From Acidobacteriota bacterium (lineage in GTDB: Bacteria; Acidobacteriota; UBA6911; RPQK01; JAJDTT01): DNA of 64,000 bases. Below, piece after piece: positions 7,904 through 16,590 of the stretch. Every line of letters begins with the position of its first letter. Positions within the stretch are counted from its first letter, which is position 1. A model generated the notes under the pieces. It saw only the letters and a list, made by a program, of their open reading frames with translations. It had not been told where the DNA came from and made no database searches. A program made the translations under genes and the position numbers. The stretch covers positions 1,600,001 through 1,664,000 of the forward strand of contig OZ242374.1 in assembly GCA_965209055.1 (NCBI GenBank). The letters are read 5' to 3'.

Positions 7904-8558
7904 CGCCGATCACCTCAGCCTCACCCCATGGCTCGGACGCCCAAGCCGGATGATCGCTGACAAACTGCTAGTCGCCGGCATCATCTTTCCCGGCTCACTT
8001 TTCCGAAGGGAGAACTTCGGCGGAGCGATAGTGATTCCTACTCGGTGATCGGCGCTTCACGCCGGGAGCAAGGCTATCCGCCAACGAGGCAACTACTAAG
8101 CGACCGGTGCGATGCTCGAACAAGCGAGGTGGTACATGGGCATTCACCGGCGGTGTTTCCCCGACCCTGACGCTAGGCGGCTTGGTCTAGAGCCCAGGGT
8201 CGAAACTCGTCCATGGAGTCCACGGGTAACCGTTCGGTCAAGCCGTGGAAGAGCGGTCGTTCCGCATCCTCGCCGCAGTGCCCAATTCCCGTTGGGTTGC
8301 CGTCGGGCTTGAACCACTCTTCGCGGCAGTAAGACCTCCCTGGGAAAGGATAACGGCAGATGATCGTCGGCCGCAAAGTCCTTACGCAGGGCGATCCGAC
8401 TGCATCGTTCCGACACCGTGGGTCAGGTTATCCGCTTTGTGCCTTCATCCCGTCGGAGGTGGAAGAGTGGCACTTCGTCAGGTGTTTGATCCCCATTGAG
8501 TGCGAGGCCGCAGGCCCGGCTCCGGAAGTCGATCCCCACGGCTTGACCGAACGGTTAC
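7904..8558 (+). ncRNA. Candidate large structured non-coding RNA or folded ssDNA element
   Basis: No credible ORF; consecutive and nested helices found by eye (11, 6+5, 6, 6+7, 8+6, 23, 9, 7 bp); G-U wobbles favour the + strand. Confidence 0.4.
8226..8558. repeat. Perfect 23-bp inverted repeat GTAACCGTTCGGTCAAGCCGTGG (8226-8248 / 8536-8558)
   Basis: Read directly; 287-bp spacer. Confidence 0.95.
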
Positions 8559-8713
8559 GTCCGTTCTCGGCCACGAAGGGCCAAAGACATCCAATTCAAC
8601 CCGGTGGAAAGAATGGGGGGAGGAGCGGTGATGGAAATTTCATAACTCATTTATATAGAATGGTTTACGGACTTTAGAAAAACAGTCCGCAAGGGATATT
8701 TTGGACGGGAGCG

Positions 8714-8925
8714 ACCCCCGCGCCCGCACCGGGCAGCAAAAAGGGGGGGTCGCTCCCTTCCACCTCCGCTTACCCCGTGCGGGCGCGGCGAAGCCGGGAA
8801 TGTGTCCGTAACTGCATGAGCGAAAAAGAGATCGGGGAAATCGGAGGTGTAAGTCAAAAGGCTTCCGCGATGGAACTCGCGTCCTTTGTCTCCCTTACAC
8901 TCCCCGATCGACACGGCGGAGCCCT
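8714..8925 (-). repeat. 212-bp cis element, copy B
   Basis: Reverse complement of 1219-1430; same orientation relative to its own integrase as copy A. Confidence 0.92.
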
Positions 8926-8966
8926 CTTTGCCCTCGATCCCCGACGATCTGGTCGGCCTCCAAGTG

Positions 8967-9185
8967 TCAGAGCCGCCTAACGTACCCGGTCTTCACTCTC
9001 CAGGTCCGATCCTGAACCGATCCGTCGACCCACCGCCAGGCGACGACCTGGAGGCTCGCGCCCCAATGCTCGAACACGGAGGATCGGCCGGAATGCTCCA
9101 AGGTCAACGTTCCGGTCCGCTGGTCCCAGTTCACCGACTCCACCCGGTAGATCGCAAACTCTCCTCCGGGGAAGACCACCTGCAC
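8967..9185 (-). CDS. Small hypothetical protein downstream of the integrase
   Basis: Strong RBS AAGGGAGG before GTG 9185; 72-aa beta-rich, Trp-rich sequence. Confidence 0.55.
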   Translation of the reverse strand: MQVVFPGGEFAIYRVESVNWDQRTGTLTLEHSGRSSVFEHWGASLQVVAWRWVDGSVQDRTWRVKTGYVRRL

Positions 9186-9293
9186 CCCTCCCTTCGGTCC
9201 CCTCACGCCCGCTCTCCGGTCGCACTCCTCAAAGCAGATCCTCAACAGTACTACGACCCGTTCATCGGGCGTGGGAGCCTGGATGGATCCGAT

Positions 9294-10502
9294 TCACGTG
9301 CTCACAGCCTTCAACTGATCCAGGTAGTCCGCCCAGTCGTCCATGAGTCGCCTTCGCCGCTCGAAGAGGTCCGTTCGCCGGTAGGCCGCCTCGATCGGGT
9401 TGCGCACCTTGTGCGCCAGCGCCGCCTCCGCCACCTCGCGCGGATGATCCGTCTCCTCGGCCGCCCAGTCCCGGAAACTCGACCGGAACCCGTGCGGCAC
9501 CGCCGCGATCTTCAACCCCCGGAGCAGTTCCGACATGGCCGTGTTCCCGATGGGCTTTCCGCCCGCCCTCGGAAAAACGAGCGGGCTGCTGCCACCGAGC
9601 GCCTGCGCCGCCTCCAGGATCTCCAACGTTCGTCGGGCCAACGGGACCCGGTGCTCCCGGTTCCCCTTCGTCCGTGGGGCCGGGATGGTCCATACTCCTT
9701 CCTCCCGGTCGATCTCCTTCCACGCGGCCCCACGGACCTCGCCGGAGCGTGTCGCCGTCAAAACCAGGAACTCGAACATCAGTTTCAACAACGGCCGCGC
9801 GTTCGACGCCCGCACCGTCTGGAGTGCGGACGCCACTTCGCCGTGAGGCACTGCCCGCATGTGGCGCACGGCGTTCCCTTGCGAGCCGAGCACCGGACCG
9901 ATCCGGTCGCACGGGTTGTCGGGCCGAAGATCCATCGCTACGGCCCACTCCAGGACCGCGCGGATGCGCTGGCGCAGCTTCCGGGCGGTGGGCGCCTTCT
10001 CGTGCCAGATCGGAGCCAGGATCCCGATCACGTCCGCGCTCGTCACCTCCGCAATCGGCATCTTCCCGATATGAGGCAAGACGTGGCGCTCCAGGCTTCC
10101 CAGCCAGAGCCGCGCATGCAGGGGGGAGCGCCAGCCCGGTCGCAGTTGTTTCCAGACTGTCCGGGCGGCGTCCGCGAAGGTGGGCATCGACCCGGCCCGC
10201 CGCTTCTCGGCTCGGGGGTCGCCCCCGTCACGGGCCAGCTTCCGGTTGGCGAACGCCTTCTCACGGGCTTCCTTGAGCGAGACGAGGGGGAATCCGCCGA
10301 GCCCGAGCTCGGTTCGGCGGCCCCGGATGGTGAGGCGTTGGATCCAGCCCCGGCTGCCCGTGGGCCGGACGTCGAGATAGAGGCCTTGGCCGTCGCAATA
10401 GCGTCCGGCCTGGTTCACGTTGCGGACAAAGGCCGGGGTCAGGGCGTTGAGGGGATGCCGGCCGCGTGGCTTGCGTTTCGGAGGTCGTTTTGTAAGTCTC
10501 AT
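9294..10502 (-). CDS. P4-like tyrosine integrase with N-terminal arm-binding domain
   Basis: GRYCDGQGLYL..LGLGGFPLVSLKEAR (arm-binding), TATRSGE (R), RTK, HGFR, LAH, AY; start set at MRLTK. Confidence 0.95.
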   Translation of the reverse strand: MRLTKRPPKRKPRGRHPLNALTPAFVRNVNQAGRYCDGQGLYLDVRPTGSRGWIQRLTIRGRRTELGLGGFPLVSLKEAREKAFANRKLARDGGDPRAEKRRAGSMPTFADAARTVWKQLRPGWRSPLHARLWLGSLERHVLPHIGKMPIAEVTSADVIGILAPIWHEKAPTARKLRQRIRAVLEWAVAMDLRPDNPCDRIGPVLGSQGNAVRHMRAVPHGEVASALQTVRASNARPLLKLMFEFLVLTATRSGEVRGAAWKEIDREEGVWTIPAPRTKGNREHRVPLARRTLEILEAAQALGGSSPLVFPRAGGKPIGNTAMSELLRGLKIAAVPHGFRSSFRDWAAEETDHPREVAEAALAHKVRNPIEAAYRRTDLFERRRRLMDDWADYLDQLKAVST

Positions 10503-10523
10503 ACCTACCACTATACATACCAC
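10500..10523 (-). promoter_or_regulatory. Tandem 12-bp arm-type-like repeats at the integrase start (attL-side signature)
   Basis: CATACCTACCAC / TATACATACCAC (10/12 identical), followed by an AT-rich IHF-like tract near 10590-10615. Confidence 0.5.
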
Positions 10524-10769
10524 CATATGGTGGATGCAAGGGGATGAAGCGGGCCGGTATGGGACAAGGCCGGATGTCCGGTCTAGTTGTAAACCAATCA
10601 AAAACAAACACTTATGAACAATACTGGACTTACCTGGACGATGTAGCTGATTAAATCAAGGAAGCCCTGCGGGAAGGCTCCAAGAGTACCTGTCTGTGCG
10701 TGGGCCCATGAAAACAGGTCAGGGATGTATGCCGACGTGCACGCGAAAGACTCCATATAGTGTCGGGAC

Positions 10770-11147
10770 GTGAACCTCGTTCTGGCTGGCTTGGAAGAAG
10801 TGACCCGGCAGGACGCAGATTCCCACCTCTGCAATGCAAGGCGCATTTCCGGCAGCTTCTCCCCCCCCCCGGTTTTCCTCGGCCGTCGCTTCGGCAAGAC
10901 GATGAATTTCCATGTCGAGGCGGGCCGCTCGGCGTTTTTTCTGGACGGGGCCGTCAAGGCCACACGTGAACTGGGTGTCTCGTTCGATTTTCTGGTGGGC
11001 CTGACGGATGATCCCACGCCATCGGCGGAACTCACGGCGGTGGGAATCACCCCTAAAATCTGCCGACTTTCCGGTACCCGGCTCGTACCGGTTCGCCCGC
11101 TTCCGACGAAAGTCGGCGGGGTGTTTTGGATCTGGACGAGGAGGTGA
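10770..11147 (+). pseudogene. Degenerate Xre-family HTH repressor remnant
   Basis: HVEAGRS..LDGAVKATRELGVSFDFLVGLTDDP matches Xre helices 3-5; the N-terminal part is scrambled around a C10 run at 10861-10870. Confidence 0.55.
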
Positions 11148-11323
11148 AGGCATAGCCCTACTTCAGACGCGAACGATTTTCTCGGTAGGGTCTTGTCGTG
11201 AACCGATGCCGCAGCATCAGCGTGATGGGTGAAGTTCTCAGCTTGACCAAATTCCAGCGAGTTGGGATGCTGGCTGCGTTGAGAGGAATCACCAACGCTT
11301 CGGATTCCACCGGACAGACTTCC

Positions 11324-13453
11324 ATGGTCATCCCTTCGCCCACGCGGACCCAAAAGGCGCCTTTCCGCCCGAGGGCGCGTGTGCTGCAACTGCTGGGCGA
11401 TGAGCTGATTGGGAGCCCCCGGCTTGCGGTCTTTGAGCTGGTGAAGAACGCCTACGACGCTGACGCCAACGAGGTGGTGGTTCAGCTCGATCTTGCCTCG
11501 AAGGGCGAGGCGTCCATTACGGTGACCGACGACGGGGAGGGCATGTCGCTGGACGTGTTGCAGTCGGTGTGGCTCGTCCCGGGCGATGATCACCGGCGCA
11601 GACAGCGGGAGCAGGGCAGACGCTCCGCGAAGCACCATCGGCTCCCGCTGGGGGAGAAGGGGCTTGGTCGGTTCGCCGTCCACAAGCTGGGCAACCGCAT
11701 CCGAGTGACTACGCGCGCTGCTGGCACCGACGAGTGCGTCGTGGATATCGACTGGAATGAATTGATCGAGCAGCTCTTCCTCGATGAGGCACCAGTGACA
11801 ATGCACGAGCGCCCGGCAACATTGTTTACTGACGGGATGACCGGGACACGGATCGAGATCTGGGAGTTGCGGCCCCCCGCGTGGAAGCGACGAGACGTGC
11901 GGCGTCTCTGCAATCAGATTACGTCGATCTGTTCGCCTTTTGACGATCCGGGAGGATTTCGGGCGACCCTCGAAGTCCCGGGCAACGAGGCTTGGATCCA
12001 GGACCTTCCCGACTTTGCGGAAATCCTGAACCGTGCGATCTGGAAGTTCTGTTTCCGGGTCAATTGCGAAGGGCGGTTTGATTGCGACTACGAGTTTCGC
12101 ACGGTACCGGGCCTCAACCTCGACCGGCGCCATGTGTCAAGGCGCGGTGACCGATTGCAGATCCCACGACCCTCGGGAAGGGGCCGCATGAGGAAAGACG
12201 TAGTCGCAACCCCCGAGACGATGCGAGAGATTGGCCCGGTTAGCGGCGAGTTCCACATCTTCGACCGGGACCGTGCGATCCTTAGAAAACTCGGCAATTC
12301 GCAGCTCTTGACCAGGTATCTCGACGAGAATGGCGGGATTCGAGTCTATCGCGACGGTATCCGGGTGTACAACTATGGGGAACGGGGTGACGACTGGCTG
12401 GGCCTCGATCTCCGTCGCGTGAACCGCCCTACCCGAAAAATCAGCAGAAACATCGTATTGGGTGCGGTCCACCTGTCGCTTGAGTCGTCCGTTGGCCTGC
12501 GAGAGAAGACCAATCGGGAAGGCTTTGTCGAGAATGAAGCTTGCGACCGTCTCAGGCAGGTCGTAATGGGCGCCCTTGGGGCGTTGGAGTTCGAAAGGCA
12601 GGAGGATAAGGAGCGAATCAGATCACTTACGAGCGAGCCTGATACTACGATAACACGCATCGACAAACCGATTCGGAAGCTCAGAAGTGCCTTGGACGAC
12701 CGGGGTGTCCGAGACACGTTCGAACCCTACGTTGCGAAGATTGAGAGGGACTATGTTGACATGCAGGAGACGCTGCTGGCTGCTGGCATGTCGGGTCTCA
12801 ACCTCGCCGTCGTGTTTCACGAGGTGGAGCGGGGCGTCCGGATGTTGCATCAGGTGATCGTCCAGGGCGAGGATCCCGAAGGGGCAGCCCGACAAGCTCA
12901 GGAACTGATGCGAGTCCTGGACGGCTTTTCCACGCTCCTGCGACGAGACAGCAAACGTCTGCATCGCGCCAGCAAACTCATAGGGGCCGCGCAACGGTTC
13001 AACCGCTCGCGTTTTCGCTTCCATGATGTCCGCCTCGATTGCCCAGTTCTGACCGGCGAGGATGACTTCGAGTCCCGCTTCACCTTCAGTTTGGTGCTCG
13101 GTGCCCTCAATAACCTGATCGACAACGCTCTCTATTGGATCCGGGTCAGGTGGCCTACTTCCACGCACGATCACGAGGTGGCAATGCGCCGCTTGTTTGT
13201 GGGCACGTCACAAGACTTTGACCAGGGACCGGCCGTGGTCGTCGCAGATAGCGGGCCGGGTTTCCAGGATGCGTCAGAGCACCTAGTACGACCGTTCTTC
13301 ACGCGGAAGCCGAAGGGCATGGGCCTTGGCCTATACTACGCAAACTTGGCCATGGAGTTGAACGGCGGCCAGCTCGTGTTTCCTCACCGGGACGAAGTCG
13401 CGGTGCCCGACCATTGCGACGGTGCCATCGTTGCGATGATCTTCAAGGAATAG
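11324..13453 (+). CDS. MORC/HSP90-like GHKL ATPase fused to a C-terminal histidine kinase
   Basis: First GHKL: ELVKNAYDA, DDGEGM, GEKGLGRFA, GTRIEI; kinase: H-box VFHEVE, NLIDNALYW, DSGPG, PFFTRK, GMGLGL; no TM segment. Confidence 0.9.
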   Translation: MVIPSPTRTQKAPFRPRARVLQLLGDELIGSPRLAVFELVKNAYDADANEVVVQLDLASKGEASITVTDDGEGMSLDVLQSVWLVPGDDHRRRQREQGRRSAKHHRLPLGEKGLGRFAVHKLGNRIRVTTRAAGTDECVVDIDWNELIEQLFLDEAPVTMHERPATLFTDGMTGTRIEIWELRPPAWKRRDVRRLCNQITSICSPFDDPGGFRATLEVPGNEAWIQDLPDFAEILNRAIWKFCFRVNCEGRFDCDYEFRTVPGLNLDRRHVSRRGDRLQIPRPSGRGRMRKDVVATPETMREIGPVSGEFHIFDRDRAILRKLGNSQLLTRYLDENGGIRVYRDGIRVYNYGERGDDWLGLDLRRVNRPTRKISRNIVLGAVHLSLESSVGLREKTNREGFVENEACDRLRQVVMGALGALEFERQEDKERIRSLTSEPDTTITRIDKPIRKLRSALDDRGVRDTFEPYVAKIERDYVDMQETLLAAGMSGLNLAVVFHEVERGVRMLHQVIVQGEDPEGAARQAQELMRVLDGFSTLLRRDSKRLHRASKLIGAAQRFNRSRFRFHDVRLDCPVLTGEDDFESRFTFSLVLGALNNLIDNALYWIRVRWPTSTHDHEVAMRRLFVGTSQDFDQGPAVVVADSGPGFQDASEHLVRPFFTRKPKGMGLGLYYANLAMELNGGQLVFPHRDEVAVPDHCDGAIVAMIFKE

Positions 13454-13457
13454 CACG

Positions 13458-14765
13458 ATGCTGGGATCTCCCCGAATCGTAGCAATTGACGACGATGACG
13501 CCCATCTGCGCGGGCTTGCCATGGGCCTAAGCTGGAATGGGATAGCGTGTCTTCAGATTCACTTCACAGGAGATGCAACCGGGATCGAACCATGTCCAGA
13601 TGTACGGATCGTTTTCGCCGATCTCCACCTGGGGGCGGGAACCCCTTCGGATCACAAGGCCGACTTTGCCGTGATCACCGCGCTCCTCGAGGATGCTATC
13701 AAGCCGTCGGGGCCGTATTTCATCGTGCTTTGGACACAGTACCAGGACCAAGCCCCGGCGCTTCGGGAATACCTTGAGGACAGGCTTGGCCCCGCAGTCA
13801 CGAAACCGCTTGACGTCTGTTCGCTGCCGAAAAGTGAGCACATTGATTTTGATGGCGATGGCAGAATCAAGGACCAGGGTTGGTTGATGGAGGCAATCGG
13901 TAACATCATCCAAGCTTCGCCTCAAGTCGGGGCCGTGATCGAGTGGGAAACCCAAGTACTTGGAGCGGCAGGACGCACGGTGTCCTCGATCATGGATCTG
14001 ACTTCAGTCGGTGACGGTGGGCAGCGGGCGGAGGAAGTGGGCAAGATTCTGGGTCGACTCGCGGTGGAAGCGGTGGGCAAGGATCATGTGGAGAGAGATC
14101 GCTTCCGCGCAGTCAATGATGCGCTTGTGCCGATTCTTGCCGACCGTATTGCGAGGACGCGTACTAGCCAAATAGACGACAATCTCTGGCAAGCGGCATT
14201 GACGATCCCGGAAAGACGGATTATGGCGTCGCTCGAACGTGCGGCAAAGCTAAATCGGTTGGTTCACATTGCGGATCCAGAGGGTGTTAGCGCCACAGAG
14301 CGAGGTGTTGTCGTTTCACTTCCGGCCTCGCAATGTGGTGATTTCCGGGATCTCTTCGGCATTGGGGAGGAGAAAGCGGCGACCACGCGGTTCCGCTGTA
14401 AGAGTGGGACTTTCGATCCGAATAGAGATAGTTTTCGCTGGGTATTGGTTCAATGCCAAGCTGCGTGCGATTACGCGCAGTCCAACCCAGGCTCCGTTCC
14501 TTATTATCTCGGCCTCGACTTTCCGGAAGAGTTCCGAGCGAGCACGAATCCTCCTGATTCAACATGGCCCGGACCCGTGTTCGAGTTCGACGGCGAGATC
14601 CGTCGCTTGCGGGTCAATGCAGGTTTCCCCTTGACGCTGGCCTCCAGCGTGCTTCAGAACATCACCCCTCTGTATCGACTTCGGGAACAGATTTTGAATG
14701 ACTTGGCTTACCATCTTCACAGCCACGGCGCCCGCCCGGGGATGATGTCGTTTGGAAAGAGATGA
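13458..14765 (+). CDS. Response-regulator receiver domain fused to a large uncharacterised C-terminal domain
   Basis: IVAIDDD, FADLHL (phosphoacceptor), LWT, LPK; C-terminal ACDYAQ motif; starts 4 bp after the kinase gene. Confidence 0.8.
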   Translation: MLGSPRIVAIDDDDAHLRGLAMGLSWNGIACLQIHFTGDATGIEPCPDVRIVFADLHLGAGTPSDHKADFAVITALLEDAIKPSGPYFIVLWTQYQDQAPALREYLEDRLGPAVTKPLDVCSLPKSEHIDFDGDGRIKDQGWLMEAIGNIIQASPQVGAVIEWETQVLGAAGRTVSSIMDLTSVGDGGQRAEEVGKILGRLAVEAVGKDHVERDRFRAVNDALVPILADRIARTRTSQIDDNLWQAALTIPERRIMASLERAAKLNRLVHIADPEGVSATERGVVVSLPASQCGDFRDLFGIGEEKAATTRFRCKSGTFDPNRDSFRWVLVQCQAACDYAQSNPGSVPYYLGLDFPEEFRASTNPPDSTWPGPVFEFDGEIRRLRVNAGFPLTLASSVLQNITPLYRLREQILNDLAYHLHSHGARPGMMSFGKR

Positions 14766-14822
14766 GCGCCGGAGTGCTTCGAGGCCATTCCGCACCGATT
14801 CGAGAGAACCGAGAACCTCCGC

Positions 14823-15776
14823 TCAGTCTACGTAGATAAGCGACCGTACCACGGACTCCATCACGGGCGGACAGACTCCATTACCCAATAGCTTAATCCG
14901 GTCCCGGCGAGTCCCGACTGGCAGTTGGAAGTCGGTTTCGTGCCCCATCGCCCGGCGAAGTTCGGGAACCTGCAACATCCGCATTCTCCACATGTCCCCG
15001 TCATGCTCGACGAGAGCGAACCGATCCACTGTTGTGATCGTCCGCAATGGGCGGTCCAATGGCTGCCATCCACCACTTCCGTCGTTGCCGTAGTAGACCA
15101 GCAGGAAGCTCGTTCCCTTCTTCAGCACGGCAAACGCACGCTTTGCCTTGGTGATTGTTGCCTTCGCTCTCCGTCGGCTGAAAAGCGGTGACATGCTCCA
15201 GGTGCCGGGGTCGTCGAGGATGGACTTAGCGGTTACCGGGTCCTGGTTCTGCTTTGGAACGTCGAATTCGGGTTTTTGCTCACGATCTCCCATCAGGAAC
15301 AGCCGTCGGCGGGATTGAGGCACACCAAAGTCGGATGCGTTGAGCACGTGTTCCGTAAGCTTGTAGCCTAGCTGTCCGAGGGAGTTCTTGAGTTCATCAT
15401 AGCGAGTCCACGGCCGCATGTGGACCACGTTTTCCAACACCAACCAGCGGGGCTGAAATGCTCGGGCGTACTCTACGGTCAGCAGGGCTGTTTCCCGGCT
15501 GGGTTCATCGAGAGGGGCCGCACCGCGCGCGCAGGTGTGGTTCCTACACTCTGGCGATGCGAGTAGGAGATCGACCGGGCCAATCCGGCGTTTCAGGTCC
15601 GGTAACGCGACATCCTCGAGTCGGCCCGTGACAACCTCTGCATCCGGGAAGTTGGCTTTGTAGGTGCCAGTGGCGACACGCCAAGCGTCGATCCCCGCGA
15701 CGATTTCAGCTCCTGCGGCCTTGGCGCCCGCGCTGCTGCCGCCCGCTCCGCAGAAGATATCGAGAGTACGGACCAT
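14823..15776 (-). CDS. dcm: DNA (cytosine-5) methyltransferase
   Basis: DIFCGAGG, SPEC (catalytic Cys), ENV, QSRRRLF, LGNGV. Confidence 0.93.
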   Translation of the reverse strand: MVRTLDIFCGAGGSSAGAKAAGAEIVAGIDAWRVATGTYKANFPDAEVVTGRLEDVALPDLKRRIGPVDLLLASPECRNHTCARGAAPLDEPSRETALLTVEYARAFQPRWLVLENVVHMRPWTRYDELKNSLGQLGYKLTEHVLNASDFGVPQSRRRLFLMGDREQKPEFDVPKQNQDPVTAKSILDDPGTWSMSPLFSRRRAKATITKAKRAFAVLKKGTSFLLVYYGNDGSGGWQPLDRPLRTITTVDRFALVEHDGDMWRMRMLQVPELRRAMGHETDFQLPVGTRRDRIKLLGNGVCPPVMESVVRSLIYVD

Positions 15777-15781
15777 GTTTG

Positions 15782-16276
15782 TTACGGCGGACTCGGGGTA
15801 GCCGAGCTTAGCCTCTTCCGACGGCCGGCGAATTCACTAGTGTCGTTCCCGACCGACACGACGCCATCCCTCCTCAGATGGGCTATGAGCCGCGCTCGGA
15901 CAACCGCTTGATCTTTCGTCTCGCACTCCCAGATCACAACGACTTGCCAACCCAGATCGTGCAATGCAGCCTCGTTTCTTGCGTCCCGCGCCACGTTTTC
16001 CTCAAACTTCTTGGTCCAGAACTGAATCCGGGACTTTGGGCGATATGCGTACCGGCAGCCGTCATGCCGATGCCAGAAACAGCCGTGAACGAATACGACG
16101 GTACGATACCGTGGAAATACCAAGTCTGGCGAACCCGGAAGATCCCTGCGATGCAGGCGAAAACGGAACCCGAGCCCGTGGGCGATGCGACGGACGGCCA
16201 GTTCCGGCATGGTGTTCCGTCCCTTGATGCGCGACATGATCTCGCTGCGCTTCTCGGCATTCACGATGTCAGTCAT
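15782..16276 (-). CDS. vsr: Very short patch repair endonuclease
   Basis: MTD..RSEIMSRIK..PE, LPGSPDLVF, FVHGCFWH, WEC. Confidence 0.95.
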   Translation of the reverse strand: MTDIVNAEKRSEIMSRIKGRNTMPELAVRRIAHGLGFRFRLHRRDLPGSPDLVFPRYRTVVFVHGCFWHRHDGCRYAYRPKSRIQFWTKKFEENVARDARNEAALHDLGWQVVVIWECETKDQAVVRARLIAHLRRDGVVSVGNDTSEFAGRRKRLSSATPSPP

Positions 16277-16395
16277 TACTTGCTCGTATCAATGCTGTGA
16301 GATCCGCACTGCAAAGGAGGCGTACTGCTGGAGTCAAGATTGTCGTGTGGAATCCTTCCGCCACCATTCGAGGGGATACTGGTGGAAGATGTCTG

Positions 16396-16590
16396 TCAAG
16401 CCGCTGCCTCTCGCACGTCGATGTTGCCGGTGACGACACCAGCGATCAGGCGTATCCGGTATTCGCGGAGGCGATCGATCTGGCGCTTGGTCGCCACCTG
16501 TGCGTTTTCCGTGTCATGACTCCGCTCAACAAGGCACCCGGATATCGCGGCCTGTTCTTCTGTTAAAGGCACGGGTGCCCAGACGTTCGA
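16396..16590 (-). pseudogene. hsdS: C-terminal relic of a Type I R-M specificity subunit
   Basis: Manual translation NVWAPVPLTEEQAAI..KRQIDRLREYRIRLIAGVVTGNIDVREAAA*; in-frame stops upstream; not in the ORF track. Confidence 0.8.

Noticed and set aside
8260-8340. Twister ribozyme on the minus strand (GGTTCAAGCCC...GAGG)
   Set aside because: The loop is one nucleotide short and the UAA cleavage-site segment is not correctly placed next to P2.
7904-8558. RNase P, tmRNA, group I/II intron or retron identity for the structured tract
   Set aside because: Only isolated words match (GGAGCAAGGC, GTGCG); there is no GAGGAAAGTCC, tag peptide, P7 or domain V, and no reverse transcriptase in the window.
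8173-8677. Shufflon-like variable C-termini (two ORFs share HGLTERL)
   Set aside because: The shared peptide is just the 23-bp inverted repeat; both ORFs read outward and lack an RBS or protein-like features.
365-10678. 14-bp inverted match GCCTTCCCGCAGGG (365-378 / 10665-10678) as an att core
   Set aside because: Several 14-mer matches are expected by chance in 64 kb of GC-rich DNA, and the positions relative to the two integrases are not equivalent.
10861-10870. C10 tract as a phase-variation switch
   Set aside because: It lies in an already degenerate Xre remnant, and I saw no intact N-terminal HTH that a frameshift would restore.
8886-12133. Long ORFs 8886-10547 (+) and 10598-12133 (-)
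   Set aside because: Antisense shadows of the integrase and the GHKL kinase. The same applies to most overlapping ORFs in the track.
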